This document shows positions 52,401 to 62,134 of a stretch of 64,000 nt of DNA, piece by piece; the first letter of the stretch is position 1; every line of letters begins with the position of its first letter. The DNA is from Lingula anatina (taxonomy: Eukaryota > Animalia > Brachiopoda). A model generated the notes under the pieces. That model did no database searches, was not told the DNA's origin, and saw only the letters and a list, made by a program, of their open reading frames with translations. The stretch lies in the NCBI GenBank assembly GCA_051362555.1, contig CM120640.1, positions 71,340,788 to 71,404,787 of the forward strand, in the 5' to 3' direction. Both the position numbers and the translations under genes were made by a program.

Positions 52401-54526
52401 AAAACATATATATAGTGAACACATCACCCTGTAGCAACCCTTACTATTACCACAACCATCTAATTTTACTGCTGGAATAGTGATCTGAAATAAAGAGTTA
52501 GAAAACATATATATACTGAAAACATCACCCTGTAGCAACCCTTACTATTACCACAACCATCTAATTTTACTGCTGGAATAGTGATCTGAAATAAAGAGTT
52601 AGAAAACATATATATACTGAACACATCACCCTGTAGCAACCCTTACTATTACCACAACCATCTAATTTTACTGCTGGAATAGTGATCTGAAATAAAGAGG
52701 AAGAAAGCATGATCGTAGCATTCTTATCTACACTGCCCACTTCTCTCTCTTTCTCTCGCACGCACGCACGCACACACACACTGTCCCCCATATATTGGAT
52801 AATGTGATAAATGAGGGCAGTGTATCACCTACCACTATAGGAGGTCCTGTCCCCATTGTGGTGGTGACAATATCTGGGGCCGTCGGATCCCTCACAAGAG
52901 CTGATATCTCATTATCCCAGAACACGGCCTGCGTCTGAACTATAGTAGCTCTGAAAGAACAATCAAGGATAATATCAGGTTATTTTTGTTAAGTTTTAAT
53001 ACTTCATAAAAACTGAAAATGGACTAGACAGCACAGCTTGCAAATATACATACCATATCCAGCAAAATGTTGCATCAGTATTTAAAAAAAATCAGCTTTT
53101 AAAAAAATAATCCCATTAAGCTGATTTTTGTAAGTAACCTGCCTCACTGGGTAGGGACTGACATTTGGATAGCAATGGCAAATGTGATGACTATGACACA
53201 GACAGACAGACACAGTGATCAGAATAAATAGACACATACAGTGGCTGTATATAACAACTTTCTAAAACTAAAAAAAAAAAAACTCACTATCTGATTCAAT
53301 CTAGCTGGGACAATACTGATGCAAAGAAATGATGAGATCGGCAATAATTTTTAAACAGTAACATTCCACTTTAACTGAGGCCTTTGTCAAAAGATAACAT
53401 GTCCTTAAAAACACCTACTTGAAAACCAAATGTCCCTGGAAGCTGGTTGGAGCATTCCAGGTTAGAACCACCTCTGATTTGTCACTGCCGCTACTGTGAG
53501 ATATGGCATTCTGAAAAATGACACAATTTAACGTTTGTCTCAACTTTACCAGTCAGTTTAAAAACCAACAATACAAGTCATTTGGGATATAAATTACCAA
53601 AAAATCATGTTTTTTTAAAAAGAAATTTTACTCTAAAATGTGGCAAAATTGTCTGCATGACCTAGTTCTATAATGAGGCTCTGATATTTACATCCAGTGT
53701 GGTACTCATTTGTTTCAAAGCTGTGACCAAATATAGGTTAACATCCACATAGGATTAAGGGACTTACACCAAGCGCTTTGTCACACAAAATTTTGGACCC
53801 AGAAATGGCGTCAAATCTTCCAATGGGCTCCTCTACGTTAAGTGATGGATCTGCTCTACGAGCCTGCACAAAAAAACCTTTAAACCTCTCTCCATTCTTT
53901 CCCTTTATGGTAACTGAAACACATGCATAAGAACTAAAATATAATGAAATTTATTTATTTCTCCATTTATTAACTGATTCATCAAGTTATTTAGTTAGTA
54001 GTTTTAAATATGTAAAGGATTATAAATAGTTCAAGACTGATGTTGTCAGTACGACTGTAGCACATCATCAGTGTACTGATGTATAAATTAGCTTTCTGGG
54101 TATGAAAATATTGTAAAATAAATGGTTAAGTAGTTGTAAAAAAAAAATTAAAGACTTGGCATCAAGATTATTTTTTCATCTAAAAAAGCAAAATTGGGCT
54201 TAGAACTGAGGAGTAAATGTGGCATGATATGATATGTAAAAGTGTATGTGCTGCCACCTCTGAGGATGTCACATATTCCTATCTACAGGGACATTTCATG
54301 CTAAGAGTTGGAGATATATCATTATAAACTCACGTGTGACACTGCCTCCCTCTGCATACTGGTCCACACTGGGGGTGATAGTGTATGGGGAGGGTCCACT
54401 CTGTCCATTGGCACCATGACCACTGGGGACCATACTGATACAGGCCAGCTCTGGGGGTCCACTACTGTACCCACTGGCCTGGCTGACCAGACAAACACAC
54501 AACACCAATAACTGGACTGTGGTCAT
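43427..54526 (-). CDS. FRRS1: Ferric-chelate reductase 1-like (signal peptide, Reeler, DOMON, cytochrome b561), about 15 coding exons
   Basis: Reeler: GYSSGPPELACISMVPSGHG...SPYTI, FKGFFVQAR, WNAP. DOMON: GCGNSKGC, YVAVGFSNDKQM|GDDSVIAC, CRFTR. b561: LVKAHG|ILMILAW...ARYFK...WFA|NHR, HPIIG, PIMALFRCHP...RPIFNWFHWIVG. Stop TAA at 43427-43429. Confidence 0.93.
44158..44305 (-). repeat. Duplication (82 bp x2) of an FRRS1 acceptor
   Basis: GATGGCTGAAATACCAATAG...GTCAGCAAAATTAGAACAG at 44160 and 44242. Confidence 0.9.
44852..45053 (-). repeat. Tandem array (53 bp x4) of an FRRS1 exon 3' end plus donor
   Basis: PIIGIIVTILCVLN|gt repeated; CTTACATTCAG at 44852, 44954 and 45007, and one copy has lost 4 nt of the donor. 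Confidence 0.95.
45661..46125 (-). repeat. Tandem array (78 bp x6) of an FRRS1 acceptor plus first b561 helix segment
   Basis: In-frame GILMILAWVLTSSIAIILLTFCC(S/F)IS repeats; each unit contains tttcag|GTATCTTG except the 5'-most (ttcat). Confidence 0.97.
46225..46392 (-). repeat. Duplication (59 bp x2 plus degenerate copy) of an FRRS1 exon 3' end plus donor
   Basis: TTCACTTACCATGAGCTTTCACCAGAGGGTAGCTGGC at 46281 and 46340 (ASYPLVKAHG|gtaagt). Confidence 0.92.
47794..49754 (+). pseudogene. Intronless TRIM-NHL gene (RING, B-box1, B-box2, coiled coil, NHL repeats), disabled, nested antisense in an FRRS1 intron
   Basis: ATG 47794; in-frame TGA at 47836-47838; RING CPLC...LPCRHTFCKGC...CPVC; B-boxes (CSFC...CITCHDYLCERC...H; CPEH...YFCSDCSVPICCDC...H); frameshift near 48650; NHL repeats (WPVGI, NPYGVA, PFGICVD, KPWG). 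Confidence 0.88.
52325..52700 (-). repeat. Tandem array (101 bp x4) of an FRRS1 acceptor plus DOMON exon start
   Basis: CTGTAGCAACC at 52328, 52429, 52530 and 52631; each unit is tttcag|ITIPAVKLDGCGNSKGCYR. Confidence 0.95.
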
Positions 54527-54933
54527 TGCTCTAACTAATACTGAAACAGAACACAACACCAATAACTGGACTGTGGTCATTGCTCTAACTGATACTGAAA
54601 CAGAACACAACACCAATAATTGGACTGTGGTCATTGCTCTAACTGATACTGAAACAGAACACAACACCAATAACTGGACTGTGGTCATTGCTCCAACTGA
54701 TACTGAAACAGAACACAACACCAATAACTGGACTGTGGTCATTGCTCCAACTGATACTGAAACAGAACACAACACCAATAAGTGGACTGTGGTCATTGCT
54801 CTAACTGGTACTGAAACAGAACACAACACCAATAACTGGACTGTGGTCATTGCTCTAACTGGTACTGAAACAGAACACAACACCAATAACTGGACTGTGG
54901 TCATTGCTCTAACTGATACTGAAACAGAACACA
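54498..54933 (-). repeat. Tandem array (54 bp x8) of acceptor, start codon and signal-peptide start of FRRS1
   Basis: tgttctgtttcag|TATCAGTTAGAGCA ATG ACC ACA GTC CAG TTA TTG GTG TTG repeated 8 times in frame. Confidence 0.97.
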
Positions 54934-57900
54934 CATATCTATGACATATACAGAGATGAGACCAGTCCTCATTGAAAAAATAGGATAATTGGTCGGGGGC
55001 CCAGGGTACACGATTCATAAGCATGACCCTGAAAAAGTTGGAATTCTGACAAAAGTCAGAAAAGCCTCATCAGTTCGTATAAGAAGATGAAGAGGGAATT
55101 ATAGTAAAATATTTCAGGCTTATCACAAGGCCTTCTTCGGACACACATATGATCCCCTGTACCCAATGTCATGTGGTGATGTTCTGCTCGGGATATCCCC
55201 CAGGTCCCAGTTCCACAGATGTGGTAGGTGGTATAGCAGGCTGTTGTGATGGTGGCTTGTTCAATAGGTTCATGAGCTGCCTCTTTCACTCCACTTCTGA
55301 ACTAGTCCTCCTCTGAGTCTAGGATCAAAATGTTTCTGATATGAAACGTGTCCAGAGCTTATTAAATGGGTAAATATTGCAGAGTCATATGTGTCACCTG
55401 AGTTGAGGTAGATGGATTGTCACCTGGTGACATTGGTGACAGCACAACTTCAGTTTACTTGAAGGCCTTGTGATAAGGGTGAAACGTAGTGACTCCAATG
55501 TCAAACATGAGTTCCATTTTTATCCCAGTTTTAAAAAACCTGGTTAATTCAAATTTTTTGTTTGGATATTTTATGACTATTGATTTATACCACAACTTTG
55601 ACAGTAAAATACTATATTGCTATATTTGGAGGTTCTGAAGCTCAACCTGCTCATATAGATGTGGAGTTCAATAGTAAAATTAAATGTAAATTCATTTTCA
55701 GGTGCAATTTTACACAGCATAAATAAGCAAACATCAACATTTATTTTATTTTATTTTTAAAACATAACATTAAAGACTGGGACAAAAGAGTGAACCACTG
55801 ACCATAACTTTATGTAACTAATGAATCCCCCCCCCCCCCCCCAAAAAAAAAGAAATAAAGGTTCTTATACTCATTCATTCATTCATTCATTCATTCATTC
55901 ATACATACATACAAAAGGGAATACAAGGTCCCTTGTACCTAAACTTGTACATTTTAATGGATAACTCATGTAAACGAGAATATCAAAATTATTCATCTCA
56001 AAACTTCTCTCTTCATTATCTTAACTAGAACACATGAACATACTGACCCTAACAGCAGTAGTTGATTGACATATAGATAAATACACCTCTACTTTCACCT
56101 CATTATATATGTACAGTAGTCTTGAAGGCATGGCTGTAATGGAGCCATATGAACTCTTTTAATACCCATTATTAATCTTTCTGCTTCAGTGACATCTTCA
56201 TTTTTTCTACACTACCTATACTACCTGTACCTTGTTAAAATGGCTATACTTGCAAATACAAAGATAAATTGTGTGTTAGTGATTCAACTGGTTCTTTCCT
56301 GCTGCTTCAAAGACATATATATCTTTATTCATATATATGTATTTATGCCTAGTACTTGAATAAAAAAACATTTTTGCTGAGTCAGTATTTAGACTAAGTC
56401 ATAGTTCACACAAATTGGAGGTCAATTTCTGTCACAGTGATATCACCCTGCAGTGACCTTTTTCCCCCCCTTTTTTGAAGCCTTTGGTCCATATTTACCT
56501 GTGGTCCATATTTACCAAGTGTCAAGAATCTAGACAACACCTTCTATAAACTGGAATTTCTACTTTCAATGGGGCTGGTGCTGACATTAAGTCACCTGGG
56601 TTGATTATAAATACACACATTAATACACTGTGTTCTTCACTCTATCCTAAAGATAAATACTGCACTGTCCAACAAGAGATATAGATCAAGTACAGGTCTT
56701 ATTAAGAATGTGATGTTTTTCAAAAACAAACCACATATTGATAAACTCTGAAAGTATTTCTTAGAGTGTAAATTACCCCTGCATATCTGAAATTGTCCCA
56801 ATTTTACACCTTACCTTTTAAGTATGTCCCTGCCAAGGAGAGAGTTGAAATCTAAGAGCTGTGAACTGCTGAGTCACTGTGGCTCCACCTAGGAAATCCT
56901 TTCAATGACTCTGCATCCTGACTTATTGTTACACTGACCTAAAACTTCATATACATTTGTTACGCACTACAAACCCTGTCTTCCTGACGAGAATCCAGGA
57001 TTCATGATAAATAACTCAGGACTTACCTCACCCTCTACTATTTATGGCTCACTCCCTCTCACAGAGCTTGAGCAACACTGACAACTTCAAATGTTATGAT
57101 TTGATCAAATTTAATTGGCATATTAAGTATGTTCTACATTAGCATTACTGTCAACATATATAATATAGGCCAAAAACCAACAGCAATAGGACTTAGATGG
57201 GTCAGAATATTCATGGATAGTTCTTCTCTCTCAGGAATGTGTCTGCTACAGAAAGTCTACCTGGTTTTTCATTCACCTGAGTTAACACTATGGTAATGGC
57301 TCTACAGTTACAAACTCTACAGTTACATTTTCAGGACTTGATGGAAAATACTTTAAAAAATGTTGTTAACTGTACACAGATTTTAAAACATTGCCATATT
57401 CACTTTTATCAAGTATAATTGTATAGCCTTGAATCTTCTGAGGGGCTGACATATTTTATTTATAAGCAGCTCATCAGCAAATTGCAAATTGGTAAATAGC
57501 ATACTTAAATCATTAATGTATTGTAATTACTCAACAACACCAGTAACTCTACAGAGCTTTGACTCTGTCTATGTAATGCTGACTACATGAAATCTGCCAT
57601 GTAGAATGTGGTTGTCAGCTTTCCTAACCTCCAGCCACCTCAACACCAGAACATTTACCACAGAGCAGGATGAGGTACAGAACCTCCAAATATAGCAACT
57701 GGCTGTGTAAACAGTGGCCCCACCTAGCTGCCAATTCACTCTATTAACTGGTTCAACACATGCTCCATATACTACATAAATATGGAACTCTTTCATACCT
57801 GCACATCATGGAGAGAGAAACTTCAATAAACAGAAAGGTTATTATATTCAAGGGCAATACAGACTTAAAAAAATATTGAGGAAGAGAAACAACTTTAAAG

Positions 57901-59444
57901 AACATGTTTTATGCGTCATCTTTTTAATTTTAGCAACTTTCTATTTCTCAAAGACTTTTAGAGACCAAACAACATGATGTGGCTATAGTGGAATATCCAT
58001 CTTACAGATCCAACTGAATCACTCCCATTAGGTTCATTCTAGCCTTGCCCAGTCACGTAATCTATATCACAGTATCTATAAGAACTGCCAGGTAATAACT
58101 AGCCAGAGGACAGGCAGCTCCCTGAGAAGTCTGAGAATGGCGCTAATAGATCACCTTATTTGGATTCACTCATATTAACCTCATGGATAAAAAATACACA
58201 TTCCTTCTACAGAGCTCACTCAATTAAAGACTTTATTTTGATGCCAACTTAAAACCTTAGCAGTCAGCTGGTACAGACGTTTGACCTTTGAAAATGTTTT
58301 AAAGTAATTTTTATACTAAATATCTTATGTATTCCAACTAAAGAACTAACTAATAAATCCACTCAAATTTAAGTACCAAATGGTCTTAATTCTAATCTGA
58401 AATATCAGGAATACATTGCAGTGTTAATTAAGTATGATTTTTAGAAATACTTTTTTTAAATAAGAAAATGTAGAAATACCAAATCCAAGTGCAAGCAATG
58501 ATTCATGTCATGAGTAGGAGGAAATAGAATTTTCTTCTACAGAAAAATGAACTTTGGTGCAGAAATCCTTTTTGAACACACAAACAGTTTTTTGGAAGAA
58601 AAAAAATATCCCATAATGTCAATAAATGAATTTTAGAGACTAACACTGATGCCTACTCCATATCTCCATCCCTGCACTTACCTGTCCACTTTTTAAGTAA
58701 CACACCTGCACTTACCTGTCCAATTTGTAAGGCAACTTAACAGGAAATTTCTCTCTTAAATTTTGTTCTTACTTGTGTTCACTTCTTTACCAGGATATCC
58801 TATTTCTCAGCATCATGTCATAAACTACTGCTGCTTGCTACTTATATGTAAATTTAGATTTCATTTGTAAATATTAAACCAAGCATTACAAAGCACTAGA
58901 GAGTGAGATGTTACTATCAGTTTGTTTTCACAATTTTGAAATTCTGCATTTTTGAAAAGGTGTGGATTGTACTGTGATGAAATATCCACACCAAGTGGGG
59001 TAGTAAAATAATTGTGTGCAACTCAATTATCAATAGTGCTCAATATATACAGTTCAATATAGTAAATATCCCAGCATAGGTCTTTTTATTAAACAAGTGG
59101 GTATTCAGTAATTTTATGAAGTTACTATAAAGATATATAACCAATTTTTTTCACTAAAACTGGTAAAAGTTGAAATTTGAGAAAACTTGACAAAGCAAGC
59201 AAACACTCCAGAAAGTAGAAGAGTCTTCAGAACCGGTTTTACAGCCACAGAGTTTTAACTTTCGTGCTACTCCCGAGTACAGAAAACACCTCACTGTTTT
59301 AGTATATCTGAATATATCTCGATTATCAAAAGATACCGCGTACTTCAAAAACACAGAATATTAGTGTTAAATAGTTATTATAAAGTTTATCACCAATCTA
59401 GTCTTAAATGCAATAAATATATGACAATAACAAACACAACATAC

Positions 59445-59510
59445 CTCCGACTGTTGGAAGCCCTGACCTACTTTTTGACCTGACGAAATCAGCTCAACCA
59501 CGCGTAAAAA
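59445..59510 (-). promoter_or_regulatory. Candidate non-coding first exon and promoter of FRRS1
   Basis: Donor GAG|gtatgt at 59444 within a local CpG-retaining patch. The ATG exon starts with an acceptor, so an upstream exon is required. Confidence 0.4.
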
Positions 59511-61030
59511 ATTATTTACAGTGTTTAATTTTACCTCGCCTTAAAATGGGAACCCTCCCCCCCCTCACAAATATAGGGACAGTATATGAAGGACTATACA
59601 CAAAGAAAGTAGTTGCAATTGTATGCAAACTGACAGCAAATATATATTTACCACCTTATTACAACTAAGGCAAATATTTGCAGAAATCGTCCAACTGCAG
59701 CAAAACACAGCGCTAATAGGTGTCGGTGCAACTAACACAACGTATAGTCATTTCAATACAAGGGCGTGTTCGCAACATAAAAATATTACCAAACAAGTAA
59801 ATTAAATAAAATGGGACAGGATTCCAATTTTGAAAATAAAACTTAAAACATAGACCAGATTCAAGTTGATTCCTAAGCCAACTGCAATTATATATATATA
59901 TATATTTGAATCAATTTTAAAGAATAATCCTGTTAACCCTGTATATAATGATGCAGTGGCAGATTTAAGGGGGGATGGGAGGTCCTGACCCCTCCCCTTT
60001 GGTTTCTTAAAAAAAAAAATCCCACCAATTGTCCCCTCTTGATATTAGAATTTTGACTAGCTGAATGATAGTTTTAAACCATACCATGCCACTGTTCACT
60101 CTCTAAAATACCAACAATTTTTAACAAGCACTAAAATGAACAGCTTGACACAAATGATTTTAATGAAATTTGTTTTAATATATACTCTTAATAAATCTGT
60201 AACTGTCAATATATACTATCATTATGCAAGCACAACCATTGAGAAAAACTTCTAAATTTTTACCTTTAATTTCTAGTATGTACATGGATGCACTTTAAGT
60301 TCACAACATCTTAGACAGAAAGATAAAGATAATGATGAATATTCTATGAATTTTCTCAAACTACAAACTGCCAACACTAATCTACTTAGTAGAGATGATC
60401 CATCTTTCTATTCACACACTAACTTCAAAATCCTGCATACAAATATTTTCAATATCAATTTTTTACCAATCAATATGATATCGTGGCAGTGGTTGTCACC
60501 TTGGGTGCCAGTTCTGTCATTTAGAACAAATTATTAAATCAGATACAGTACAAAAGAATGAAGCCAAGTGCAGACCTGAACATGATGAGCAGTGAGGTGC
60601 GAAAAACATTTTTGAGGAAAATTAATTTGGTGTCCAAGACAGGATACAATTTATATCATATTTTCTGAGGATTTCATGTGACCTAGTAAAAATTATAGAC
60701 CCATTGGCATTCAAGCATTATTGAACATCATTCATAAAAATATAAAATATTCTACTTTAATGCTGTTGTTCATCTAAAACTTTACATGAGACTATTTTGG
60801 AAAGAGTTCATTTCTTCTGGCAAAAAATATATGTATATCTCTTTCCAAACATAACATGTGACATAAAATGCTGTTCATAGATATCTTTTCCCTTGCTACA
60901 CATGATATACTTTGTGAGTTGTGACAAATGATTTTTTAAAAATCTGGAAAAACAAATAACCCTACAAAATCAAAACAACATTTGTGAGTTTTTGGCCCAT
61001 GATGAATAAGTTTTTCTTAATCTTTAAAAG

Positions 61031-61032
<2 letters not shown>

Positions 61033-61095
<63 letters not shown>
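61033..61095. repeat. (TA)n microsatellite
   Basis: Uninterrupted TA run. Confidence 0.95.
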
Positions 61096-61097
<2 letters not shown>

Positions 61098-61231
61098 TAA
61101 CAATTGTGCTGATGATATGATTCTTTCAAATTTTACTAAAATTCAGGCACATTTGTGGTCTGTGATCAGGCAGAAAGAACTATAGAATTTCATTCCGTAG
61201 GAAAAATGTCATCAATGTTTACATGTATGTA

Positions 61232-61407
61232 CGAGGGCGTCTCGATAGTCTGAAGGTTCATTGGTCCGAAGGTTCATTGGTCCGAAAAGTGGTAACATTT
61301 TCATCGATTTTTTAATCAAGGGTTCATTGGTCCGAAGGTTCTATAGTGAACATTCGGACCAATGAACCTTCGGACTATTGAACCTTCGGACTATCGCTAC
61401 GGCCTCG
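61232..61407. mobile_element. 176-bp MITE with TA flanks and internal 16-bp repeats
   Basis: TA|CGAGG...CGATAGTC.GAAGGTTCA ... TGAACCTTCGGACTATCG...CCTCG|TA; unit GAAGGTTCATTGGTCC repeated in both orientations. Confidence 0.8.
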
Positions 61408-61434
61408 TATGCACAATGTAAGTCAAACTCAGTT

Positions 61435-61858
61435 TTAAATATCAGTCTCCTCATTGTTAGCACCAGTGTCTATATCTGACTTGTCCCCTCCATAAGATGA
61501 TGAAGACGGAGAAGAGGAATCTTCTGAGGAAGAATCTGCATCAATTATCTAGAAATTTAAAAATGATGTCGTTTAATAAATGTGGTGTAGTTTAAGGACC
61601 AGTTGATACTTACAATATTTAATACAATGTAACCTAATTTTTTCTTTTGAAATCTGTCAGAATGAATGTTTTTGGATTTACTCCATTCATCATAGTTGCA
61701 CAGGAATAGGGCATCAAACAAACCCCTCGACCTTCTTTTCCCTTCCCTTCCTAATTTTATATTTTACTTCTTTCTATATAAGATACAAAATTGAGAAAGA
61801 AAATAAGCATTATTTAACTTATTCATGAAACAGCTTACTTTACTGCTGGAATAGTGAT
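61435..61858 (-). CDS. Probable 3' end of a truncated FRRS1/Reeler paralog (mini-exon ITIPA plus acidic Ser-rich last exon)
   Basis: 61840-61909 and 62097-62130 match FRRS1 intron/exon boundary 52667-52780. ITIPA|gtaaag can join tttctag|IIDADSSSEDSSSPSSSSYGGDKSDIDTGANNEETDI* (61548-61435). Confidence 0.4.
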
Positions 61859-61909
61859 CTGAAATAAAGAGGAAGAAAGCATGATAGCAGCATATTCTTA
61901 TCTACACTG

Positions 61910-62096
61910 AAAAAACTCTTTCTTCATCAGAACAGTTTCCGATTGGAATGGACTCAGTGACCAACAAGTAAACGCTGAAACTGTTGAAAGCTTTAGATCA
62001 GGACTACTATTTGACTAAGTTTCCCGTGCGCTCTCTTCTCTCCGTCTACTTCATACCAGTATTGGTGTCTCTAGACGTACACGAACAGATACAGAT
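61910..62096 (+). mobile_element. 5'-truncated LINE 3' fragment
   Basis: Encodes KNSFFIRTVSDWNGLSDQQVNAETVESFRS (typical non-LTR ORF2 C-terminus) and ends in CAGATACAGAT. Boundaries are defined by the empty paralogous site at ~52735. Confidence 0.75.
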
Positions 62097-62134
62097 GCCC
62101 ATTTCTTCTACGCACGCACGCACACACACTTCAC

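Noticed and set aside
38115-54933. Regular repeat arrays as CRISPR-like loci
   Set aside because: Units are whole tandem copies with no unique spacers, derive from host exon edges, and no cas genes are present in this eukaryotic sequence.
58670-58725. Duplicated CTGCACTTACCTGTCCA (minus-strand donor-like) as another junction array
   Set aside because: No supported exon is attached, so it was not counted.
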